A stretch of 64,000 nt of DNA from Magallana gigas (Eukaryota), in NCBI RefSeq assembly GCF_963853765.1, contig NC_088855.1, positions 32,612,001 through 32,676,000 of the forward strand, written 5' to 3'. Within the stretch, counting starts at the first letter, position 1; each line of letters opens with the position of its first letter. This document shows positions 47,739 to 59,290 of the stretch, in pieces. Position numbers and translations under genes: made by a program. A model generated the notes under the pieces. That model ran no database searches. It was not told the DNA's origin and saw only the letters and a list, made by a program, of their open reading frames with translations.

Positions 47739-50700
47739 GTTTAGACTCCCTATTTAGCAGTATGATAGGGTCTACTCAGCGCCCTGGCGCCAGAAATCGG
47801 TGTTAATATTGCCCGTTTTGGGACCGGGGATCCCGGGGGGACACCCGTGCCCCCAAGAATCCGGTGTCACCTGGGTGTCACAAGTCCTAGTTTGGGCGCT
47901 AGGCGCTCAGTTTAGACTCCCTATTTAGCAGTATGATAGGGTCTACTCAGCGCCCTGGCGCCAGAAATCGGTGTTAATATTGCCCGTTTTGGGACCGGGG
48001 ATCCCGGGGGGACACCCGTGCCCCCAAGAATCCGGTGTCACCTGGGTGTCACAAGTCCTAGTTTGGGCGCTAGGCGCTCAGTTTAGACTCCCTATTTAGC
48101 AGTATGATAGGGTCTACTCAGCGCCCTGGCGCCAGAAATCGGTGTTAATATTGCCCGTTTTGGGACCGGGGATCCCGGGGGGACACCCGTGCCCCCAAGA
48201 ATCCGGTGTCACCTGGGTGTCACAAGTCCTAGTTTGGGCGCTAGGCGCTCAGTTTAGACTCCCTATTTAGCAGTATGATAGGGTCTACTCAGCGCCCTGG
48301 CGCCAGAAATCGGTGTTAATATTGCCCGTTTTGGGACCGGGGATCCCGGGGGGACACCCGTGCCCCCAAGAATCCGGTGTCACCTGGGTGTCACAAGTCC
48401 TAGTTTGGGCGCTAGGCGCTCAGTTTAGACTCCCTATTTAGCAGTATGATAGGGTCTACTCAGCGCCCTGGCGCCAGAAATCGGTGTTAATATTGCCCGT
48501 TTTGGGACCGGGGATCCCGGGGGGACACCCGTGCCCCCAAGAATCCGGTGTCACCTGGGTGTCACAAGTCCTAGTTTGGGCGCTAGGCGCTCAGTTTAGA
48601 CTCCCTATTTAGCAGTATGATAGGGTCTACTCAGCGCCCTGGCGCCAGAAATCGGTGTTAATATTGCCCGTTTTGGGACCGGGGATCCCGGGGGGACACC
48701 CGTGCCCCCAAGAATCCGGTGTCACCTGGGTGTCACAAGTCCTAGTTTGGGCGCTAGGCGCTCAGTTTAGACTCCCTATTTAGCAGTATGATAGGGTCTA
48801 CTCAGCGCCCTGGCGCCAGAAATCGGTGTTAATATTGCCCGTTTTGGGACCGGGGATCCCGGGGGGACACCCGTGCCCCCAAGAATCCGGTGTCACCTGG
48901 GTGTCACAAGTCCTAGTTTGGGCGCTAGGCGCTCAGTTTAGACTCCCTATTTAGCAGTATGATAGGGTCTACTCAGCGCCCTGGCGCCAGAAATCGGTGT
49001 TAATATTGCCCGTTTTGGGACCGGGGATCCCGGGGGGACACCCGTGCCCCCAAGAATCCGGTGTCACCTGGGTGTCACAAGTCCTAGTTTGGGCGCTAGG
49101 CGCTCAGTTTAGACTCCCTATTTAGCAGTATGATAGGGTCTACTCAGCGCCCTGGCGCCAGAAATCGGTGTTAATATTGCCCGTTTTGGGACCGGGGATC
49201 CCGGGGGGACACCCGTGCCCCCAAGAATCCGGTGTCACCTGGGTGTCACAAGTCCTAGTTTGGGCGCTAGGCGCTCAGTTTAGACTCCCTATTTAGCAGT
49301 ATGATAGGGTCTACTCAGCGCCCTGGCGCCAGAAATCGGTGTTAATATTGCCCGTTTTGGGACCGGGGATCCCGGGGGGACACCCGTGCCCCCAAGAATC
49401 CGGTGTCACCTGGGTGTCACAAGTCCTAGTTTGGGCGCTAGGCGCTCAGTTTAGACTCCCTATTTAGCAGTATGATAGGGTCTACTCAGCGCCCTGGCGC
49501 CAGAAATCGGTGTTAATATTGCCCGTTTTGGGACCGGGGATCCCGGGGGGACACCCGTGCCCCCAAGAATCCGGTGTCACCTGGGTGTCACAAGTCCTAG
49601 TTTGGGCGCTAGGCGCTCAGTTTAGACTCCCTATTTAGCAGTATGATAGGGTCTACTCAGCGCCCTGGCGCCAGAAATCGGTGTTAATATTGCCCGTTTT
49701 GGGACCGGGGATCCCGGGGGGACACCCGTGCCCCCAAGAATCCGGTGTCACCTGGGTGTCACAAGTCCTAGTTTGGGCGCTAGGCGCTCAGTTTAGACTC
49801 CCTATTTAGCAGTATGATAGGGTCTACTCAGCGCCCTGGCGCCAGAAATCGGTGTTAATATTGCCCGTTTTGGGACCGGGGATCCCGGGGGGACACCCGT
49901 GCCCCCAAGAATCCGGTGTCACCTGGGTGTCACAAGTCCTAGTTTGGGCGCTAGGCGCTCAGTTTAGACTCCCTATTTAGCAGTATGATAGGGTCTACTC
50001 AGCGCCCTGGCGCCAGAAATCGGTGTTAATATTGCCCGTTTTGGGACCGGGGATCCCGGGGGGACACCCGTGCCCCCAAGAATCCGGTGTCACCTGGGTG
50101 TCACAAGTCCTAGTTTGGGCGCTAGGCGCTCAGTTTAGACTCCCTATTTAGCAGTATGATAGGGTCTACTCAGCGCCCTGGCGCCAGAAATCGGTGTTAA
50201 TATTGCCCGTTTTGGGACCGGGGATCCCGGGGGGACACCCGTGCCCCCAAGAATCCGGTGTCACCTGGGTGTCACAAGTCCTAGTTTGGGCGCTAGGCGC
50301 TCAGTTTAGACTCCCTATTTAGCAGTATGATAGGGTCTACTCAGCGCCCTGGCGCCAGAAATCGGTGTTAATATTGCCCGTTTTGGGACCGGGGATCCCG
50401 GGGGGACACCCGTGCCCCCAAGAATCCGGTGTCACCTGGGTGTCACAAGTCCTAGTTTGGGCGCTAGGCGCTCAGTTTAGACTCCCTATTTAGCAGTATG
50501 ATAGGGTCTACTCAGCGCCCTGGCGCCAGAAATCGGTGTTAATATTGCCCGTTTTGGGACCGGGGATCCCGGGGGGACACCCGTGCCCCCAAGAATCCGG
50601 TGTCACCTGGGTGTCACAAGTCCTAGTTTGGGCGCTAGGCGCTCAGTTTAGACTCCCTATTTAGCAGTATGATAGGGTCTACTCAGCGCCCTGGCGCCAG

Positions 50701-51668
50701 AAATCGGTGTTAATATTGCCCGTTTTGGGACCGGGGATCCCGGGGGGACACCCGTGCCCCCAAGAATCCGGTGTCACCTGGGTGTCACAAGTCCTAGTTT
50801 GGGCGCTAGGCGCTCAGTTTAGACTCCCTATTTAGCAGTATGATAGGGTCTACTCAGCGCCCTGGCGCCAGAAATCGGTGTTAATATTGCCCGTTTTGGG
50901 ACCGGGGATCCCGGGGGGACACCCGTGCCCCCAAGAATCCGGTGTCACCTGGGTGTCACAAGTCCTAGTTTGGGCGCTAGGCGCTCAGTTTAGACTCCCT
51001 ATTTAGCAGTATGATAGGGTCTACTCAGCGCCCTGGCGCCAGAAATCGGTGTTAATATTGCCCGTTTTGGGACCGGGGATCCCGGGGGGACACCCGTGCC
51101 CCCAAGAATCCGGTGTCACCTGGGTGTCACAAGTCCTAGTTTGGGCGCTAGGCGCTCAGTTTAGACTCCCTATTTAGCAGTATGATAGGGTCTACTCAGC
51201 GCCCTGGCGCCAGAAATCGGTGTTAATATTGCCCGTTTTGGGACCGGGGATCCCGGGGGGACACCCGTGCCCCCAAGAATCCGGTGTCACCTGGGTGTCA
51301 CAAGTCCTAGTTTGGGCGCTAGGCGCTCAGTTTAGACTCCCTATTTAGCAGTATGATAGGGTCTACTCAGCGCCCTGGCGCCAGAAATCGGTGTTAATAT
51401 TGCCCGTTTTGGGACCGGGGATCCCGGGGGGACACCCGTGCCCCCAAGAATCCGGTGTCACCTGGGTGTCACAAGTCCTAGTTTGGGCGCTAGGCGCTCA
51501 GTTTAGACTCCCTATTTAGCAGTATGATAGGGTCTACTCAGCGCCCTGGCGCCAGAAATCGGTGTTAATATTGCCCGTTTTGGGACCGGGGATCCCGGGG
51601 GGACACCCGTGCCCCCAAGAATCCGGTGTCACCTGGGTGTCACAAGTCCTAGTTTGGGCGCTAGGCGC
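47739..51668. repeat. Right arm tandem array, 23 x 171 bp, inverted relative to the left arm
   Basis: gtttagactccctatttagcag at 47739, 47910, 48081 ... 51501 (exact 171 bp period); units look identical by eye. Confidence 0.97.
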
Positions 51669-51784
51669 CCTGTATATGATTACTTTTTTCAATCGGGATC
51701 GGAAAATTTAGATTATATAGTCGATAAATGTAAACAAATTTCGTTATTGCTGGGTAGCTTATTGCTGAGTAGCTTGACTTTGGT

Positions 51785-54700
51785 ATGAATGGCTTCCAAG
51801 TTGTTTCACGAAAGAAGAAAGGGAAAAGAAAGAGTACTGGAGCACCGGATATTTTGGTGAACACAACATTGGTCTCAGATAATATTTCTGAAACAAATTT
51901 ACGAAGAAAAGTAAACCTCGCTAGGTAACTCGAATTTCCTTTATTTATATTTCGAATTTGCTCTGCACTGAGTTAATCGTGTTAATATATTTGACACACA
52001 GTATTATCTTTTATTCTTTAGATAAAAATTGTCAGAAATATATGTGTAAGTAATTGTGCTGATTGTACACGTTCAAGTACATTTATGTACATTGTATTTT
52101 ATTATGTTCTTCTTTCAATTTTCAGAGACTCAATAACTTGCACAGACTTTTATACTGATTTTAAAGGTATATCATTTCTGACCATAGCATACAATATATA
52201 GGTTATTCTTGATATTTTCAATAAAAAAATTATTTTGTATACAAACAAGGTATGAAAAATTAATAATTCACAAATGTGATGAACAATCACTTGTTTCTAA
52301 TTATAAAGCTTAAACACTAGCTGTTCTAAGATATTTATGCAGTGCATTTTCTTATTTTATTCAATATTCATAATTACCTCAGGGTTCAAATGATGTTCAT
52401 GCAATGTTCATTCAAAAATATGAAAATTCCCAAGATTTCTATTTTAAAACGCCCCGTCTAGCATATGTCAGGTTTAAATAAAGGCTGAAAATAAAAACAT
52501 GAAAAAGTCTACAGGGATTTTGCATCGCAAATGGCATGAAAGTATTCCGAATGATAATGTTGAAAAATTGCACGAGATGTACTGAGTACTTTTGAATGGA
52601 GAAAAGATGTTAATAACATTTCCCATCTGATGAATCTCCATGAGAAAGTTAACTCTTTTCGTTCCTGTGAATTAACAGATGATGTGTCACCGAAGAAATC
52701 TTGGAATTTCCCCCTTTCATTAATTTCAATTGTACTTAAAATTGACACTATTGAAAGGAATGTTTGTTTTCCTATGATATCGTAAAATGTGACGAAAATA
52801 TATAATTATCTTGGGACAGACTATAGTATTATCATGAATGTGATACTAATTTTATTGAGGGGTAGACATGTATGCTAAATGCTTTACGTCATGTAACCAA
52901 AACTATTGCACAACCCGCAAACTTCATTAAAGTGCTACCTATGATGGGTATAGTCCACTAATGCATTTTCCATAGGCGGTAATGTTAACGTTATGGTTCA
53001 TAGCTCCGGCCCTAATTTTCGTTCAGCAACGAGGGACCTCTTGAATGAAAGCTCATCAAATTGTCTCTTTCCGGTTAAAATTTCGTGGTTTGAAGTCAGA
53101 TTCGTTTTCCGGCAAAATGCGTCTGTATTGAAAAACTCTGAAAATGAAAGTAAAAGTAGGGAATTTCTCAGTTTTGGAAAGGGTGTACATCAAACAATTT
53201 CAATTCTTTTCTTCAAATGATAATTCAATTTTGACACTTGTTTTAAAAATTGCAAATCCTCTTTTCTGACATGTGTCAAGCATTCTGATTTGAAATGTCC
53301 CAATAAATGTATATACACTCTGCAAGTATAGGGACTATTTTGCTTAAAGGCACTTCTTTGTTGTCCTACCGATTCTAAAAATAGTTAGAGGGATATACCC
53401 TGATGTATCAAAGAATTTAGAACACTAAAACTTGATCTTCATTGAATGTAATTGTACACTTTTTTTTTTATTTATATGCAGTATATTCGAATACATGCAT
53501 TCCAAACAAGCTTGCTAACCACTTTCCAGTTCTTTCAGTACTTTGATTCTCTTAAGGCAATGCATTTTATTTGGATGAAGGGGTCTCATACAATGCCCAG
53601 AGTGAAACATAATTTTTTGAAAAATAAATTTTTATTTAAAAATCAGTTTCAATTACTCAGAATATGTAATTTTGCTTATATAATTATCATTGCAGCAAAA
53701 TTAAAAGAGTGTTTGAATAAAGTTCCTTGTATTCATCATGAGGAGACAACTGAGAGTCAGCCAAAGGATCAAATACAATATGTAGTATGTATATTCTGTT
53801 GGAAAGTATGTGTATTTACAAGTTCAAATTAATGATTCATTTAAGGCAATACAATGTATATGCTAACTATGCTGAAAGTGTTATGTTAAAGAATGTTAAA
53901 TACTTAATCCTTATCAATATAGGTATAAACATGTGTGAAGCAATTATATAAGTATCAAATTGAAGATTTTTTTTTTTATCTTGAAACTAGGTTCCAGATG
54001 AAATAGTCTCTTACGGACTTGGAAATTTTGCAGAGTGCTTGATTGCTAGGTATCAGCTAGCACTGCTTGTTGCATTGAGAGATGACTTACAGGTACGTAC
54101 ATGTAGCTCATAAACAACAAAGTCAGTCATAGGTTAATAAATTATTATATGATACAAATAAACAATTTTTTTCACTGCTCAAACATTAAATGACAGTATT
54201 GTTTTTACATTTCAATTTCTGAAACTTTGGTAATTTAAAAAAGCTTTGATCATTGTAGGTTCCACCAAACAATGTACTGCTCTATGATCCTAAGTTCCTT
54301 TCTGTAGAAAAAGATGTATTGACAAGTTTTGGATTTCAAGTTTTGAAAGAAAATGAGGTAAGGGACTCATTAGCCATAAACTTTAATGGAGAGGTCTATT
54401 TTAGAGATACATTAAGTGTTAATGGGCATAATTCAGTGCCCAGCTTTGATAAATATTTAAGGTCCATGTAATGTAAAACAATAATAGGTCAATCTGAAGA
54501 ATGTACTTTATGTAAGAGGAAGGAGTATTGGTAAAATTTTATGATAATTGTAAATATGATCGTGTTATATATTCATATTGATAAATGTATACAATTCAAG
54601 CCTTAAATTTCCAATTTCATGGTACAGGACATGCACATGTTGTAAATTGTTGGGCATGTCAAGAGTGTAATTTCCTTGGACTAACTTGCTCCCTTAACAG

Positions 54701-55993
54701 GAAGCCAAGAGATGCTGCGAGAGGCCAACACTGTTCTACATGCCTCACTGTGGGAAAAGCCTGTACAACAACCTGCTGTTTGCCAACTGGAGTCCTGATA
54801 GACTGTGTCATGTTGTCATCATAGGAAACAGCTTCACAAACATGGTCCAGAAGTCAGTTTTTAAACAATCTACAAATATAAGGAAATTTCTATGTACAGT
54901 TGAACTTTGATTAATCTCGAACCCTGCGATATCTCAGCTACAATGGATATGTCGAAGTGATGATTTGTAAGTCCCAACCACTTAATTTTGAAGAAATTTA
55001 CCCTCAATATCTTGAATACACAGCTTTCTCAAAGTTTTTTAAACAGCCCTATCTAGTTCGAGATAACAAAGTTTCACTGTACATGTACTTCAGTCTCAAA
55101 TGATATTGACCCTTCTAAACTGTTTCTGATCATATGAACTACTTATAATTCTTTAATTTTGGGGGGTTTTGAGGGAGGGTATTTTAATTACAAATTTGAC
55201 GTCGTTGCAACAATTGTATTGCCTTTATTTCAGATTCATATTTTAGAGATAAATGATATGAAAATCTTTTCTTTCAGTTTGCCTAGTAGTACATTAAAAA
55301 GGTGTGCACCTTTGGTAATGAATGTAAGTTAATTGTATTTACTATGATAGAACCATTTTAACAAGAGCATGGACTTTGGGTAGTTGTGTCAAACAGCAAT
55401 GTGACGTAGGCCTGTCTATTTCATTGCTGGCCACTCAGCCATGGCACTTTGAAATCAACAAGATTTGTCTGGCTTTTAAGCTAAGACTACACAATCGGTG
55501 CATATTTCGCTTGAAACCGTGTCATTTTTAACGAAAGTCCAAGGTCTTGTTAAAATGGATCTAATTGCTTTACAAAGGACACTAGTATTGAATGTCAAGT
55601 GTAGTATTTATTAAAAGTTTAAAAACCTGATAAATAAATGTGTACGTGAGCTTGATGAAATAATATTATTCTATTTTTCCAAGAATATTGAATGTCAAGT
55701 CTGTTTTGTATGTGTCTGTAGTTATTTAAAGACTGATTATGCAAATTAAATGAGCTTGATGCACCATCCCAACTAAAAACAAATTTATTAGTTTGATTTG
55801 TTGATTTCAGATTCAGCCATTCACAGAGGAGGTGGTTTTTCCTGGGAACTTCCAGTATCAGGACGTTTTTAATGACACAGTTATCCATGTGTTTCCGAAA
55901 GACAACCTTTCAAAAACAGCAGTGGAATTTTGGGAAGATTGTTCCACACCTACGTATGATGAAGATGATTTGGAATTTATACCCAAATCTTAA
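51785..55993 (+). CDS. SRRD: SRR1-like protein, full-length copy (283 aa, 8 exons)
   Basis: In-phase GT-AG exons 51785-51924 (MNGFQVVSRKKKGKRK...), 52126-52166, 53696-53784, 53991-54092 (EIVSYGLGNFAECLIARYQLALL), 54259-54357 (VLLYDPKF...ENE), 54701-54852 ([23 protein letters not shown]...VIIGNSF), 55278-55323, 55811-55993 (VFNDTVIHVFP...stop). These match the recognisable SRR1-domain motifs. Confidence 0.92.
54897..55079. mobile_element. TA-flanked MITE (CAGTYGAACT ends); copies at 59616-59807 and 62970-63150
   Basis: ta|cagttgaactttgattaatctcgaac ... gttcgagataacaaagtttcactg|ta, present in all three SRRD copies. Confidence 0.8.
55350..55561. mobile_element. MITE with about 28 bp TIRs, specific to SRRD copy 1
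   Basis: ta|gaaccattttaacaagagcatggacttt ... aaagtccaaggtcttgttaaaatggatc|ta; the empty site tatgatagttg is seen in copies 2 and 3. Confidence 0.8.
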
Positions 55994-56256
55994 AAATAAA
56001 CATGTAGACACACAAACTCAATAAAACTACATGTAAAATTATGGGTTTCTTTTTCCCAACAGAGATTAAAAATCTGGACATCATTTGCCAAAAAAAAAAA
56101 AATGAAAATGATTACATGCAACCAAATTAATTTTTTTTAACTTAATGTTTAATTCAACTTAATGGTACCAATAGAATAAGAAAAATAGTTGACTTAATTG
56201 TGAAAGAGTTAGTTTTATCAAAAATGTGTGTGTTAAAGATTTTAGATTTAGACTTT

Positions 56257-56784
56257 AGGCCACACCGAAAAAAACCTTACGAAGTTTTACAATGTAATCC
56301 CTCTGTCTTTAAATTAATTCAAATATTGTCAACCCAAAACGTAAAAGATTTGTGCAATTTAGGTAAATATATCATGAATGCTTTTGTTATCGGAAAACTC
56401 CATGTATATAAAACTTGCCTATTTTCCCATTTTGACCCATTTATATGTATATAAACGCATATTTATTGCTATGTATATGCATGTATTTTAAACAATAAAA
56501 TACAATCTAATTTCTTGTTTGTCACACATCTGATGTAAAAAGAACTAATAGGTGAGCGATTAGATAATCTAATTATTACTTTTTGTAGACAAAACTTTTA
56601 GTCATGAATACTTCTAAGCGGTGGATTATATGTTTTCTACTCTTTCTGATTTGTAAATTAAAACAATTAAAAATACAAAAAATAGAGCAGAATAGAACAG
56701 AATTTTCTAGGTGCAGAAAATTTGAAATATTATTTGGATAAAGTGTGTTGGTCTGACAAACACAAAAATAAATTGGTGTGGCCT
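56257..56784. mobile_element. Kolobok-like TIR element (AGGCCACACC ends) containing a LINE 3' fragment; second copy at 60764-61216
   Basis: ttt|aggccacacc ... ggtgtggcct|taa. Inside, NPSVFKLIQILSTQNVKDLCNLGKYIMNAF resembles the C-terminal tail of non-LTR retrotransposon ORF2 and is followed by AATAAA near 56494. Confidence 0.5.
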
Positions 56785-57624
56785 TAAATATTCACTGAAT
56801 TAGATCTTTTAATATTGATCCGATATTAAACTGATTCAATTTTGGTCCAGTAAAAATCGTTGTTATTTTGACGTAAGTTAACGTTTAACCAAGATGGTGT
56901 CAATTGAAAGATCTTAGTTACATGTGTTGTCGTCTTAACATAATTAAAATTAAAAACATTCCCTGGACTTACTGCAATAATTTTTTCCATTCAAATTTTG
57001 TGTTAATTTTACTGCGCCATGTTATCTTCCCACTAGTGATATATGGAACCATGTGACGATGTATTTATAAAAACGGAACGGAAAAAAACTTTTAATTGAT
57101 TAAAGACATGTACCATTTTTTTAAATTACCGTTATTATTATGTATAAGTGTTAACAATTGAGCAAAAACGATAATTAATAAAGATGAACAATGAATTCAA
57201 CAAATTAATTTCCAACGACACAGCCAACTCAAGATGATTAAAACCAATTTTTTTAATGCTATTTTTAACAATTTTCTGACCTCAAGCCTTAGAGAAGTCG
57301 ATTTAGATGATAATTTGGGTGCTCTGCTTCAGAGAAAAAATACCGACTAATCGTCGAAAAAATACGGTACTTACAATGTATATCATTTTACAATCCTTAG
57401 ATACCAGTATTTGGACGTTCTTCTCATTATTTTTGATATTGATTAAATTTTTATTACCGATGGATTCAAAGGAATTCATAAGAGTCAATATCGAGGTTGA
57501 TATTGTAATTTTTATTGATATTGTTTAATTTGTTTTAATGCAGTTATAGAGATCGCTATTGATTAGGGTACCGACATTTTGTGTACAATATTACCTATAC
57601 ATAATTAGTCTGTCTCGAAATTTA

Positions 57625-57860
57625 TTAGTGTCGATATCGATGTCGATATCGTCATTTTATATACGATATCGTCGATTTCGATAATATAATTGATTTTGCA
57701 ACTTCATCAGTGTGTGTCGATATCGATGTCGATATCATCAAGTTGTGTGCGATATCATCGATATCGACATCATAATCGTCATCATAATTGGTCTAGCATT
57801 TTTCAAAATTCGATATCGATGTCGATATTGTCATTTTGTTTTTGATATCGTCGATATCAA
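57625..57860. repeat. GATATCGATGTCGATATC palindromic low-complexity repeat; second copy at about 61885-62118
   Basis: gtcgatatcgatgtcgatatc recurs several times per copy, at the end of each duplicated unit. Confidence 0.75.
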
Positions 57861-58869
57861 CAACAAAGTTGGTCTTGGACATGTATGAAGAATTTAGACT
57901 ACTAAAACTCAATCTTCTTTTAATGTAATTGTACACTTTATTTTCCTTTACAAAAAATTATTTCTTAATATGAAATTTATATGCAGTATATGCAATTACA
58001 TGCATTCCAAACAAGCTTGCTAACCACTTTCCAGTTCTATCAGTACTTTGATTCTCTTAAGGCAATGCATTATATTTTGATGAAAGGGTCTCATACAATG
58101 CCAAGAGGGAAACATAATTTTTTGAAATATTAATGCCTATTTAAAAAAATCAGTTTTAATGGAGTGTTTGAATAAAGTTACTTGTATTCATCATGAGGAG
58201 ACAACAGAGAGTCAACCAAAGAATCAAATACAATATGTGGTAAGTATATACTGATAACTGTTTGAACAGATAGGTATTACAAGTTCAAATTTATGATTCA
58301 TTTGAGGCAAGTGTTATTTTAAAGAATGTTTAATACTTAATCCCAATCAATATAGGTATAAACATGCGTGAAGCAATTAAGTTGCAAATTCAAGGTATTT
58401 GATTTTATCTTGAAATAGGTTCCAGATGAAATAGTCTCTTACGGTCTTGGAAATTTTGCAGAGTGCTTGGTCGCTAGGTATCAGCTAGCACTGCTTGTTG
58501 CAGTGAGAGATGACTTACAGGTACGTACATGTAATTTATTAACAACGAAGTCAGTCTGAGGTTTTTAATTACTGGACGATTCAAATAAATAATTTTTTTT
58601 CACTGCTCAAACATAAAATGACGGTATTGTTTTACATTTCAATTTTTGAAACTTTGGTAATAAAAAGCTTTGTATTGTAGGTTCCACCAAACAGTCTACT
58701 GCTCTATGATCCTAAGTTCCTTTCTGTAGAAAAAGATGTATTGACAAGTTTTGGATTTCAAGTTTTGAAAGAAAATGAGGTAGGGGACTCGTAAACCTAA
58801 TGTCAATGTTTAGAATACATTGACTCATGAGAGTTAGACAAGGATAGAATGTAATCTAATTAGGATTAG

Positions 58870-58970
58870 AACTTCCATCTGTTCCCCGTATTTGTTACGT
58901 CGCATGGACGTAGACCTGGTAAGCGTGAAAGTCCATGTGACATATCAAAACTGGGGAGCGGATGGAAGTT
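58870..58970. mobile_element. Hairpin/MITE-like insertion in SRRD copy 2 intron
   Basis: aacttccatctgttcccc...gtcgcatggac versus gtccatgtgac...ggggagcggatggaagtt, imperfect arms of about 40 bp; absent from copy 1. Confidence 0.55.
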
Positions 58971-59149
58971 TTCATTTTAAAAAGATGGGGATAGAATCGA
59001 GAGGCCTATTTTAGAGATACACTTAGTGTTAATGGGAACAATTCAGTGCCCAGCTTTGATAAAGATTTAAGGTCCATGTGATGTTAAACAATAGTATGTC
59101 AATCAGAAGAATGTACGTTATGTAAGAGGAAGGAGCACATGTACCAGAA

Positions 59150-59290
59150 CATGCGCGGATCCAGGAGGGGGGGGGGGTTCCAACAGTCATTTGAGTTTTC
59201 CGGAAGCGAGGTGGGGGTGGGAGTCCAAAGCATATTTTTGGTCATTTTATTTGTAAATTAAAATAAATCTGAATTTTGGATCCGTGCATG
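59150..59290. mobile_element. MITE with CATGCGCGGATCCA TIRs; second copy at 62469-62620
   Basis: catgcgcggatcca ... tggatccgtgcatg; shared by copies 2 and 3, absent from copy 1. No clear TSD. Confidence 0.75.

Larger units (their letters stand above)
35686..51784. mobile_element. Foldback-type (MULE/FB-like) non-autonomous DNA transposon, 16,099 bp, with satellite-containing inverted arms and 9 bp TSD
   Basis: 35686-35809 is the reverse complement of 51661-51784 with 3 mismatches in 124 bp. Both termini continue inward into oppositely oriented 171 bp arrays. Flanks are 35677-35685 ATGTATGGC and 51785-51793 ATGAATGGC (9 bp direct repeat, 1 mismatch). No transposase ORF visible. Confidence 0.88.

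Noticed and set aside
47739-51668. CRISPR-like regular array
   Set aside because: Units are head-to-tail with no unique spacers, no cas genes are present, and the context is eukaryotic.
51789-51840. Alternative SRRD start at the second ATG (ATG GCT TCC)
   Set aside because: Out of frame with exon 2 and the SRR1 domain; only the ATG at 51785 gives correct phases.
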